Shown: positions 38,401 through 50,090 of the stretch, one piece after another
Numbering within the stretch: the first letter of the stretch is position 1
Layout: the number at the start of each line of letters is the position of its first letter
DNA from: Lingula anatina
Taxonomy: Eukaryota > Animalia > Brachiopoda
Length of the DNA stretch: 64,000 bases
NCBI GenBank assembly: GCA_051362555.1
Contig: CM120641.1
Span: 24,434,401 to 24,498,400 of the forward strand
Reading direction: 5' to 3'
Translations under genes and position numbers: made by a program
Notes under the pieces: model-generated
Databases searched by the model: none
Told to the model about the DNA's origin: nothing
Seen by the model: the letters and a program-made list of their open reading frames with translations, nothing else

Positions 38401-41400
38401 CCTCCCTGGGTCTCTGACCCATGAGCTGTGTAGGCAGACATGTAGTGACCTGGTGAAGATGCTGAATGGTGAGATAAGAAAGTATTGTCCCCGAGTGACC
38501 TATGACCTCTGTGTGAAGTGTAACTGTGAGGGAGCAGAAGAGAGTACCCTGGAACCCATAGGGTACAATGGACAGAAGATTGTGTCAGGGATCCCAATGC
38601 TTTGCCATGATCACCATCAGGCCATCAGAACCACAGGGTACAGGCCCTGGTTTGTGGAATGGGTAAGAATTGTCTTTCTTAATTTTCTTTATTTCTTATC
38701 CCTTACGAAAAAGTCCTATAGGATCCTATAAGATTTGTGTTTCAAAATCATTCCATTTCTGATAAACCAAATCATTAAATTTTTAATCTTTGTGAAGTAT
38801 TAAAACTAAAGATCTTTTTAAAATTTATTTCCACATGTAAGGGAATATATCACCATTACTGGCATATTTTATAAATGGGTTTATATTTTATGTGACAATC
38901 ATCCAGTACATTAATTGTACAATACATTTTTTTTTGCTAGAAAGAAGAAGATTTGCCAAAACCTCAGACATTCGCAGGAGCACAAGATATCCCAGTCCTT
39001 GGTGAGTTGAAGCGACCTAAATAGTCTTTAAGTTTTTCACACCAAACCGTAGTTTGCAGTATCACTGAAACAGAGCCTCATATTCATCATGGCCAGTTGA
39101 CTGGATTAATTTCTATTGGTACATATATTAAAATCATTTCTGAAATAGGCCTAAAATGGAGAAAGGTTTAACAAGCAAGTGAAATGAGAAAGTAAATTTT
39201 CCTTAGTGGTTGTTTACTCTGTCTGAGGACTAAAATAATTATCACAAATAATTAGTGTTGTTAGTCTAGCTTTTTATTGCTACAGAGTGCTGTATTGCAC
39301 ATATCAAAAAAAGAGAAAATATTTTTATATGATTCTTCCACAGAAACTCTGATGATTTCTTTTTTTTTTTTTTTGTTTTTTGGTTACAGAAGAAAGTCTG
39401 CCAACAGAAAATGAAGAAGAGTTTGTGGATGAAGTCATAGTAAAACCCTGCTTGGACAATTTCTACGATATTTATTCAAATGACTTGAAAGAGGTGAAGT
39501 TAAGAGAGTGTATTATATCTCAGTTAAATGTTTGTATTAATTTTGTACAATTGAAGACATTTAAATAATTTTATACAAATGATATTTCTTAGATATGTTT
39601 ACGCAGCAAGTAAATTAAAAAAAAGATAACACTTATATAATTCACGATAAGTTTCTGTGATATCTAAAATCGGTGAAAATCATAGTTAATTTTTCTATTA
39701 TTTTTTGTGAACGATACTACAGGAAATATTTAAGAACAATTATTACTCTTATTTAAACTGTTGAGTGAGTAAACAATCAATAACTGGGTGATTAACACAG
39801 CACATGAAATTCTTATTGAAATATGTTTCAATATTGCCAAATATTTCATATGTAATTTATGTTAGCGTAATAAAAATTTCTGTACAATTTTTATTAGTAA
39901 TACCTAATATCATACAACCACAACTTCTGCTTTATTTAAGGTATACAAAAATACCTCCACACCAAGAGGACGCTCACTCATAATCAATAACCGCACATTC
40001 AACTGTGACACACCCAAACTGGCCAATCGTCATGGCACGGAGCTTGATGTGGACAAGATGGAGGAGCTCCTTCATCAGCTTGGCTATAGGGTGTCAGTGC
40101 ATCATGATCTCACTGCAAAGGTAGTAATGATGCTTTGATGTACAGGATTGTTTGTTGGTTCTTTTTATTTATCCTTCCTTAATTAAAGTTTTCAAAATAA
40201 TAATTAGGATAAAATTAGGAAATAAATAAAAATGAAGAAATAGTGAAATTGTACAGTTGTACGATATCTGATAGAGCTTTCTTGTAGCAAAAGGAGTAGT
40301 GACGGACAGGATTATTTGTTTAATCATCAACATATATACCTAGCAGGCAATTGGCGATGATTTTTTAAACTAAAATGAATGATGGTCTTTAAGGTATTTT
40401 TTGCTTAATTGACAATGCACATAATGCAATGGTTTATTTACTGAAAATTGTTTGTTGAAATGTGTGTATATAATTTATAGAGGACCTATAGGTATTTGAG
40501 TGTTTGTGTACGGTTGCTTGTATGCGTGCTTGCATATAAACAAATGGTCACTTATGCACATTTAGAACACATTGGCTAGTTCTATTCATTCAAAATGTAC
40601 AAACAAAATGCACAAATGAAAAGATGATAACTAATCAATATTATTCATGAAAGAGCAACAAAATACATTTGTCTGCACTTTAAAATACTTAATTCCACCG
40701 TGCTATATAAATATGCATATTTTTATCTACTGATTCCATCATATATTATTTATATATTTAATTTTCTAGGGAATGTCTGATCTGCTTAAAGAAGAAAGTG
40801 AGAGACCAGATCACCAAAAATATGATTCTTTCATACTTGTTATACTGAGTCATGGAGCAAGGGGGGCTGTCTATGGCACGGATGGCTTTGTGATATCATA
40901 CGAACAAATTACAGAATATTTCAATAACGCCAGCTGTCCTGCTCTGCGGAGTAAACCAAAGATGATATTCATTCAGGCATGTCAAGGAAGTGAGTAACTC
41001 TCATTATGCATAATTTTCTTTTTACACTTTTCGCTTTCTATTGCAGAGACAGCAACACTTTATTCAAGTGCATTGTTATTTAATTGGTTCATTTGGGTCA
41101 AATTTGACTAAAATTTTGGTCTTAAATTTTTAACCAACTTTTGATCTGAATTCCCTATATATGAACTAGACTCTGACTTTTTATCTCATTTGCAGATGCC
41201 AGGGATCATGGTGCTGGCCATGTGCCATTACCAGACCCTGTCAAGATGTTACCTAGCAACCAAAACACAACCCATGATGCACCAGAAGATGAAGGAGAGA
41301 TAGTCCCCACAATGGCAGACTTCCTGGTGGCAAAAGCCACTACACCTGGTGAGAAAGTGAAAAAATCTACTGCTTATTTCAGTCATAAAAATATTTGATA

Positions 41401-42220
41401 AGTGTACAGCAACACTGTTTGTATATAATTTTTACAGACATCTGTCTGGTTAAAAAAAACTATATATACATGTATTATACTAGTATATTATAAGAGAAAC
41501 ATGAAAATGAATAGACCAGAAGAGGATACTCTGCATGAATTACAAGTACTCTAGATTTCTTTTTAATTAAATGCTTTTATCCAAAGCTTTTTTTTTGTGA
41601 ATTTCTAGACTTTGTGTCTTGGCGAAACAAAGAGAAAGGCACTTGGTTCATCCAGTCCATTGTGACAGTATTCTGCAGATATGCATGGAAAGAGGATGTG
41701 CTCTCCATGTTCTCAAAGGTGTGTTTTACATTCACAACTAAGTTAAACTAAGAACTGGGTGACAGAGGTGAGCATGGAGTAAAGATCGAAGCCCAAGTTG
41801 TGTAGCACAAGCTCGACCACACATACTGTAATGCATAGTTTTTGACCAATCAGAGCAAAGGAAACATTTTTAATCACAGAACAAACAATATGGCAGATTG
41901 CAACGATGTTGTAATATTTGATGTTATCTTGGAAGACATTGATGTTCATGTTATAAGTTATATGATAAAACAATTATTGACTTTTGCTTTAATGGAATAA
42001 GTTGTTTGGCCAGTGGTCACCCTGTGGTCATGTTGGATAACTTGACAACACTGCACATGAGTCTCAGCTGTAAGATGTCTTTGGATAAATTTTATCATTA
42101 ATTTTTTTTTTTTAGGTGAATGCCCTTGTGGCAAAGTCAAAAACATCCGGAGGAATGAAGCAAGTGTCCCAAACTGAGTCAACTCTGTTGAAGAAAATCT
42201 ATTTCTTCCCAGGGAAGTAG
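28699..42220 (+). CDS. Bak-like Bcl-2 domain - Roc GTPase - COR - caspase fusion protein (ROCO family), 1332 aa
   Basis: 19 GT-AG exons, all phase-compatible with no internal stop: 28699-28801, 29158-29356, 29611-29712, 30099-30170, 30800-30964, 31405-31664, 32139-32234, 32477-32548, 33288-33575, 35469-35702, 36743-36864, 37310-38662, 38941-39001, 39390-39493, 39941-40120, 40770-40989, 41196-41348, 41609-41718, 42116-42220 (TAG); total 3999 nt. Motifs: BH3-like LAFELKHVVDGI, BH1 NLGRIAAL, P-loop GQHGVGKTS, WDFGGQ, THKD, COR WGEDVPIKW / ILDPQWLIDAF / LPNGLFYRL, caspase LSHG, [16 protein letters not shown]. Confidence 0.88.
29385..29418. repeat. (CT)n microsatellite
   Basis: Perfect CT run in intron 2 of the fusion gene. 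Confidence 0.95.
30386..30643. mobile_element. PIF/Harbinger MITE family A copy in intron 4 of the fusion gene
   Basis: GGCTTCATTCACATG...CATGTGAACGAAGCC with TTA at 30383-30385 and 30644-30646; nearly identical to 10296-10562 in the opposite orientation. Confidence 0.92.
35755..35990. mobile_element. MITE family E
   Basis: Ends AGAGATTGTTACAAAA...TTTTATAACAATCTCC with TTA on both sides; a truncated homologue lies at about 59764-59922. Confidence 0.7.
36145..36350. repeat. Diverged direct duplication (two ~80-bp copies about 128 bp apart)
   Basis: GTGATTAGTGTTG.TAGTG.ATTTGTAAT.AAGGATGGA...GTGGTAATTGC occurs at about 36145 and 36273. Confidence 0.8.
36455..36660. mobile_element. Degenerate HINE/Helentron-like short repeat
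   Basis: Pattern TCACCAAGGATGTTATGTTTT...GTTTGTT...AAATTTT...TGGTGATCC...TTGGCTTAGGT...CTAGTT resembles the CCGCCAAGGAGGTTATG...CTTGGCGGAGGT...CTAGTT layout of such elements. From memory only. Confidence 0.4.
39941..42220 (+). other. Caspase (peptidase C14A) p20+p10 domain of the fusion gene (exons 15-19)
   Basis: YKNTSTPRGRSLIINN, NRHGTELD, ILVILSHG (His codon 40851-40853), CPALRSKPKMIFIQACQG (Cys codon 40980-40982), [44 protein letters not shown]. Confidence 0.95.
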
Positions 42221-43785
42221 ACACTGATGTACGTTATGCCTGGGAGACACTGAAATCACTTTACCACTCCAGTGTTGATGATTACAGGCTAAAGAGTCAC
42301 AAGAATGTTTAGACTCCTATCTCTTTTAAACATACTGGTGCTGGTACATTGATTTATTTGACTTTGTATATTTCATGTTTTAGATTTAATTTATCAAAAT
42401 ACTTTATCGAAAGATTTAAATGGTGCAGAGGAATCATTAGCATAAAACATGATGTCTTCAGGGATCTATGTGAGGAAGATGCTATTCACTTGTCTTCAAT
42501 GAAAATTAAGTCTTTAAGCTTTTTTTTTTATTATTTTGAGGATTTTGGACTTAGCACTAATTGAATAGCTGACTAAGTAAAGTCAAGTACAGTTGACAAA
42601 CTGAAATGGACACAAAGATTTCGGAATAAGAATCATTGTAGAAGCAATAAAAAAAGACTTTAAAAAGGTGAAATGCTGGTTAGCTGGCTTAAGTTCCTAG
42701 CAGTCTTTGCTTAGACCAATATTCATTATGTCCCAGTTATCCTAGTGATGTGATACAGCAATGACACAAGTGTAATAGGTTTAGGAAAGCCCAATGGATG
42801 ATAGGTCAGACAAATGGTTTAATTTCAGTAAAGATTAATTCTTTTTCAATTCTTGCATTGTAATATTTTATTTATTATTCATTTTTTATTATTATTATTA
42901 TTATTATTTATTTATTTATTATTATTATTTTTTTTTTTTTGTGAATTGCACACATAAAATGTGTTCCACGGGTACATTTTGTTACAGTTTTCCAAAAGTA
43001 CTTAGTGAAAAACTTTTAATGAGGTTTAAAGGGTTTTTAATTTTTTAAGTCTGTATTATGGGTTGGTAGGCTATGAATTGTATATATCAAAAATGCTTCT
43101 GCATTTATTATTTAATTATTTATTTATTTTTGTTACCAAACCTAGTATTTATTGATGTAATTACTTTTTGATGAAGTTTTAAATGTTGCATAACTCATTA
43201 ATGTTAAATCAAAGTGCAAAAATATTCATTGTATGTTTTAAAAAATAATTGGACATTAATTAGACATGATGGAATTACTGATTGATAATGTTCAAACTAC
43301 CATTCACTTTACCGGGCTGCATAATTATAAAAACTCAGAAACATTGTACAATCAGGCACACTGAATAAAAACAAACTTGTTTGATCCAAAGTTTTTTTCG
43401 GTACTCTTCTGTCCTCTTTCAGTCTGACTTATAGGTAATGCCTATTGAAAGTTTTCTGTTCAACAAAGTTGACTAAAAAAAAATAAATAAATACCCATGT
43501 TTTGGTCTGAATTTGAAGACGAGTTCTCTTGTTGTAGTTTAGTCTGATGATGACTTATAAATTGCTGGCATATTAAACAAGTAAAGCACGTTCCCAAGTG
43601 TACAACGCAGAATTAGTTGAGTAAGAGGAAATAAATCCTGAAGAAATATATTCCAAAAGTGTGCACCTAGAAAGATACGCATGTGACGATTTCAGTAGTA
43701 CAGATGTTTTATGCAGTTTAACTGGTACAGTAGTATTTGTTTCCATACGATTGTTGACACCAGTTAAAATATTTATTAGCCCCCC

Positions 43786-43788
43786 TAT

Positions 43789-43835
<47 letters not shown>
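43786..43835. repeat. (ATTT)n microsatellite
   Basis: Visible tetranucleotide run. Confidence 0.9.
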
Positions 43836-46800
43836 TTACTTGAGAAAGATAAGGTTGAACACACTTTAAATATAAGATATCGAATTTTGTCCGTTCACTG
43901 GGAGTTCTGCTCCAGTCTTGTATACTGTGATTATGTATAACTTAAAACTTGTACAATATCACGAATTATTTGCCCAAGCTTAGATTAATACATGTAGCAC
44001 ACATTGCGTCCAAGGACCAAGACAAAACTAAATGTATATTTTATTTCACGAAATAAGTCATTAAATACTGAAATAAGTCATTAAATAATGATCCTATACG
44101 AACATGGATATGACGTAGATGAATTTTCCAAAAGAACCGTAATTAATTGGAGTAACAGTCTTCTGGCAAGGTTTGAAGATGACCAACAGAAGCCAATATT
44201 CAAAACAATAAGTGCGGTGGTCCACCTCGAATGACAAATTTTTAATTGTCAAAATGTTTTTGGTACATGAAGTTTTGTTGATGACAGGTATGAAGAAACC
44301 GTGCTTACACCTAAAGCTCTCATTAACGGTATGTACATCGCATTTGTTATCATACTAAAATGATTTAATTTGATGTAAGAAAAGTGCTAATTTTGTTATT
44401 CATAGCTTAATAATGTCTTATTAATTTCGCACCAATGGTTCAAATTCATGAATCTTTACTGGTTTTGCTTGGCGTTTTTGTTTGATGCGAAATGTCCACA
44501 TCGTTGACATTACGAGGAGAGTGTGTTCGTAGAGTAACTAGGCTATATTTGTGCGTCAGCCTTCGTATAGAGAACTAATTCTATAAGGAATTTGCGCTAT
44601 ATCAGTTTCTTATATAACATTAGAGTATAATTACAAGTAACAAAAGACATGTATTTGGTCGATTTTGTTGGGAACAATACATTCAATTTGGGGTTTGTTT
44701 TCTTCCAATTATCCTCAAATGATTGATCAGAAACTTCCCCACGCCGGTCTGTCCTAATGCAACACAGATACAGCAGTCAGAGAACAGTGAAATAAGGACT
44801 ACCGAATTTTTTGCCACCCCCCCCCCTCCCCCTCAAAAATGATGTAAGTCTCCATGTTAATTTTGTTTTTATCCTGACGCACAATTTCAAATCAGATTTG
44901 GTAATAGCAAGTCGTTGTTTCTTATTAGGCTAACGCAATACGCGCGGGGAAGGTTTAAAAATAAATTTCTCTCAAATTACATCTCAATAGCAACTTTATG
45001 TAAGAACAAATGTAAGTTGCGTTGCAACGATTGCACAATAGGAACAGTTGTATAGGCTCGCCATGTCTGGCATACCTTGGTGAATAAACTTGCCCCTTCC
45101 TGCGTCACCTCTGATAGGGGCTTCGCGAAAGTCACAAATCCAAATGTTTGCATCAACTGTTCAAATATACCGGGGTCAACTTTGTTGTTGTTCAGTGCAA
45201 ATTCTTCTACCTCCACACTGCCCAAACAAAATTTACTACCAAAAAGAAACTAGGGCAAATGATGCAATATACTGCTCCCCGCTGTTGAAAGTTTGCCAAA
45301 AATCCAAAGAATGTAGATCAATTTGAGAGTTTCAGAGGTAAATTTGGGAGGGTAGGTTTAAGAAAAAACACACCCCTTTAGCATTTGCTACGCACGTAAA
45401 CTTGTCAAATTTGGTATTTTCACCCTGTGAATTCCTACGGTGTTTCGTTTCATGCACGTAAAACTACTACTCTGTGCGTAGTTCGTGGCAAGCTGTGAAA
45501 GTCGAGCAATCTGAAGGTCAGATTTGTTGACGCTCGGTTCATTGATCCAGAACACCTTGTTCAATCACTCAAGGTCACATCGCTATAAGGCGCGTCATGG
45601 TCAAGGTCTTCTCTATTAAAGGGCACGAACTTTAGACTATCGCGGGCGTGAAAATATTCACAAAACGTATAATTTAAATTACATGTTTACCCGTTGATTA
45701 ACATTTGTTTTCGCTGCTTGAAATAAAGTCGTTTGCTGTACCCCCAACTTGGTTTTGATGATGTTTATTGTTGATCTTTTTGTTTACATGGTGGAATCGG
45801 TCACACTGACCATCGAAAATATTTAGTGCTGGCGCAACAGTCACGAGTTCATTACGTACATAAATACAATAAACCAAGAATGTACGACAGCTTTTAAAGG
45901 CACGTGTGTTTTGTTTTCAGGTTTTTCAGATCAGCGATTTCACTCAAAGATTGGTATTTAGGTAATTTGTTTGTAAATACCGTGTGCCTTTTTATTTGTT
46001 TATTTGGGGTGGACAGTGGGGAAGGTGATTGCAGCACATGACATACGACCCCATGCTGTGAGGTGACGTTCGGTTCCGTGAAATTCAAATCTGCGTCTCC
46101 AATTTTTTTGTTTTGTTTTACGCAAGGTTCAAAACATTGTTTGATGCCTGATATTAATTACACGTGTTTACATTGCCTGGGATGTTATGACGGAATTCTC
46201 GGAAGAAAAATAACCGTATTTGTTTTGATACGTTTGTCTTTAGTTTGGACAGCTAGGAGTTGGATGATGTTTAGTTGGCAAACCAGATGTTTTGCTTGGG
46301 CTCTTCCTTAGGAAGTTGTGTAATTGCACCATTTCCGCATTTCAGCATATCAGCTTTTTGGTTGTCATTACTCATATATATGATTGGTGATTTGTCACAG
46401 GTAGTTAACATGATTTTCAGGGCTGTATGTAACGTATAGTGATAATATAAATTACGTTGACTTTAATTTCTGAATCGCGTTGCTCTTTCCTACTTTATTT
46501 CTTTCCTGTTCTAAATTGATCCGTTATATGGTTATTTCTTTATAGATCTGTTTATTTTATTATTTATTCATTATTTATTGTCTGTTCATCAAGTAACACG
46601 GTTGAGCTGCCCTGACAATCCGTGGTGAACGCATGCGCAACAGTAAGCTGTGTTTCAGAACAGAGGGCTTGTTCTTATATTGTTCGATTCTGAAGAAAAT
46701 TTATAATTTCAAAAAAAAAAAAAAAATGAATAACGACTACACGTGCCAATCCGAACTTTACTCCGCAGGAAGCAAAGCCGTGTAAAGCATGAAACACCGA

Positions 46801-47492
46801 CACTTACAGTTGTTAAATGTGGACACGGTCACTTAGTTGTCAATACGTGATCTGTAGATGTGTCAGCGCCTCTCTGTTGGCGCCAGGCACAGAGTGGCTG
46901 GGTACAGTCACACCTGCAGAGGGGAGCAGGGCACTGCAAGGCTACGATCCCCTTAGATAACGGTAGGAGGCAATTAATGATAATTTCTTGCTGAACAACA
47001 TCCGGGCGATACATTTCGGTGTTTGATGTGATACTGCACCGATGGTGTTGCGTGGTTTCGCCCCATAAATCACGGGATGTGATACAGCGCTCTATACACT
47101 GGGATAAGGCCTGCGAACAAACCGCAGCCATTTGACGGAATCAGCGGCACGTGGAGGGAATATGTTACAATGGGGTAACGTCGCTCCTATCCGTCCTATC
47201 CCTAAGAGTAGAGTAACCACGACGGTCAGCCGTACAAATGTTAACAATGACACGACCAGTGTCCAGGCTGACACGGCCCTGACCATTGGTCACGGACGAA
47301 ATGATGTCGGTGTTGTACTTAATTAACTTCCTTCAAATAGGGCCTCTGTCGTTGTTCGTGTGCGCACGCACACGCACACGTATAACAGTTATGTGTTATT
47401 ATGCGTATATCCTGCATGCACGCTCGCGCGCTCACACACAAGCATTTGTTTTGTACATTGAATTACGTTCACAGAATTAAAAGGTTTGTCTC

Positions 47493-47493
<1 letters not shown>

Positions 47494-47539
<46 letters not shown>

Positions 47540-47570
47540 TCGTTTGTTGGTTGGTTGGTTGGTTGGTTTA
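47494..47570. repeat. (ATTT)n / (GGTT)n compound microsatellite
   Basis: Visible tetranucleotide runs. Confidence 0.9.
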
Positions 47571-49789
47571 TTTTTATGAGATATTAAATTATCACGGTGT
47601 TTTAAGTCATTTCGATCGAAAAAAAATAGTACAAGCTTTGTCAAGAATAAATAAAAATGGCAACACTTAGTATGATATACTGTTATGTCTGTCCTGAATG
47701 AAGATATATTTTTCCTCTACAAGTCAACCCCAGTGGAGTTCAAGTTGCGTAGTGTATCGTTTTGATGGTTGTAGATCAAGTAAAGCAGCAGGCCGGAATA
47801 CGGTGTCACCGGGAAGAAGCGGAACAGCGGGCTAAAACCGTTGAAAGAGCTGCTGCACCTCGTCCGTTGCATTGGACGTCTCTTGTTATATTAAAAAACT
47901 GAACTTCCTGCGTCTCAGTGATGCGCTCTCGGTTTAGCGCCGACTGGACGATCTCCCGGGGATTTGCCCTGACTAAGATCACGAGCTAGTCAGCGATCTT
48001 CCTCATTGCTACTATTAACAGTATACCTTGTCATCCTTGCAGATCAAGAGTGGTAGCCTTGCCCTTAATATTGACTCCCACTACTAGACTCTACTCATAA
48101 TTTACAGATTCCCCCACTCTCGCATATTAGATTCAAGAAGTCTGCACAGTGAAGAGCCAGCGTCAATATACACACCCGCGTCGAGAGTCAAGTTACATTT
48201 ATGTTACGTGTGTCTGTAACCTATAAGAACGTTTGGGGTTATAATTCAAGTATCCACTAAACTTTGAAGTACTCTAGGCCGACATGTTTGCACATAAAAA
48301 GGGTAACTCACCAGCACGTGTATATCGAATTTAAATTTAACATTAAAATGTGCATGATGAATTGGAAGAATTAAACAATCAAGTTTGGGGGCCTTTTTTT
48401 GATCTGCCCATTTGATAGAAAACACGCAGCAGGGAGAGATGGCTGTTAGTAAAACCAGAATAACTGTCACTGTCTGTGTCCCAACTGAGAAGAAAAAAGA
48501 TTGAAAGGCACCTGGTGAACTTTTCTGGCCCCTTGCCAGCCCCGGCATCGTCTTTACAACTGTATGCCCTTTCACTAATTTTGGCCGGTACATGTAGGTC
48601 CATTTAACAAATGGGAACAAGTCCTTCTTGTTTTGGAGGTGATTGACTACCCAAGTGTGCACTTGCGTGTACATTTTTGATCCCCTATTCCTTTTACAAA
48701 CGGCACACCGAAACGCCTATTACAAGAATTAACACGCGCCAAAATTTGTCAATGCCAGCTATCAATGTCAATTGGAAAGTGCATTATTCGTGAAAGGGTA
48801 CGTTTAAGCCAATTTTACCAATACATTTTTAATGCTCTTGGGTATAATCATTGTGTTGTTGAACCACTTAATAAGTGAGCCACACCTAACCGTGCCCTCG
48901 CCTACCATTAGATACGGGCGGGGTATACCACGCCCTAATGTGCACATATCATTATAAGGGTGGATTCAAAATTTTTAAAAGGGAGGAGGGATTATTCTAT
49001 GCATTACCTTACTTCTTAGTGAGAACCAATAAAAACGCACACCACTTAACACGAAATAAAATCCTGCAGGTATTTTTAACATGGATTGAAATGTTAGATG
49101 TAAAAGAATTCATATTCGCAAGTATAACTACCGATAAGAAAAAAAAGAGTAAATAAAAACAGGTCAATTCTAAATTGATTAGCCTGAGAGGCCGTTCAGC
49201 TGATATGTTTGTAGGGTATTGAATTTCTCACTCCCACTACCTGTAACTCGATGCGTGCCAAATACGTCATAGCCCGTAACTTCTGAACCCCTGATTGAAG
49301 GAGCTCATTTTTCAATGCACTACATAGAGATATGGTAACCTAAACCTTTGTGCTGCAACCTTTTTTAAAACCGTGCTCTGCTAGACTTTATCCTTTTCAA
49401 AATATTTGAGGAGGGTGGGCGAAAGAAACACGATGGAATTCAGCTTTCAGATAAACTACAACTGTTTGAAATGGGAGTTAAAGACGAGATCCGCTTTTCG
49501 GAGCATTGTCCTTTGCGTTCCCTGCCTATAAATGATAATGAGGGAAACTCACTAAGAGTGAAATTGTGGATTATAGACCATATATTGTTGACACAATTTA
49601 AATAAATCACTGGCAAATTGTGTTACCATCTGCACTAATGTTAGGGGTGCAACGCTCTATCAGTCACCACATATAACCAATCCAGCAGAGTTTCAGCTTT
49701 ATCAACCTTAGTATGCAGGCATACTGAAGTGTCATTGCATTGTTATATGTTATATATGTATAATGTATCTATTATATATGCATATTGTC

Positions 49790-50090
49790 CCTTATATAAT
49801 TATATGTATATAGTACCTGTTAAGTCACAGCCAAATTGTAAAAAAATTTTACTAGTGCTGAAATAGATAAATAGATAGATAAAGAGATGATGATAATGTA
49901 AGTGTACGGACTAGCGACAGAAGATAGAGGCAGGGGATGCCTTATGTAATTATATTTATATAGTACCTATTAAGCCACAACCATTATAAAAAAATATGCT
50001 AGTAATGCTGAAATAGACAAGTAAGTAGATAAAGAGATGGGGATAATTCAAGTTTAAGGAATAGAGACAGAAGATGGAAGCAGGGGGCAT
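49790..50090. repeat. Diverged ~150-bp tandem duplication
   Basis: CTTAT.TAATTATAT.TATATAGTACCT.TTAAG.CACA...GCTGAAATAGA...AGATAAAGAGATG...GACAGAAGAT...GCAGGGG repeated at about 49790 and 49940. Confidence 0.85.

Larger units (their letters stand above)
31405..38662 (+). other. Roc GTPase + COR tandem of the fusion gene (exons 6-12)
   Basis: RVMIVGQHGVGKTSL (G1, 31511-31534), TDGIDV (G2), [32 protein letters not shown] (G3), YWLNSIH, PPVIIVCTHKD (G4), FAIDN (G5), followed by COR motifs in the 1353-nt exon 37310-38662. Confidence 0.92.

Noticed and set aside
37547-38597. Antisense and alternate-frame ORFs within the COR exon
   Set aside because: Shadow ORFs of the 1353-nt coding exon.
39380-42220. 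Caspase as an independent gene downstream of a ROCO gene
   Set aside because: There is no start codon context or prodomain. The COR exon has a strong donor (TGG|GTAAGA, 38662) and two linker exons connect it in frame to the caspase. Transcript confirmation is still needed.
44977-48674. ORFs of 80-140 aa (44977-45225, 46829-47131, 48246-48674)
   Set aside because: No recognisable motifs, and I could not link them by splice sites into a gene model.
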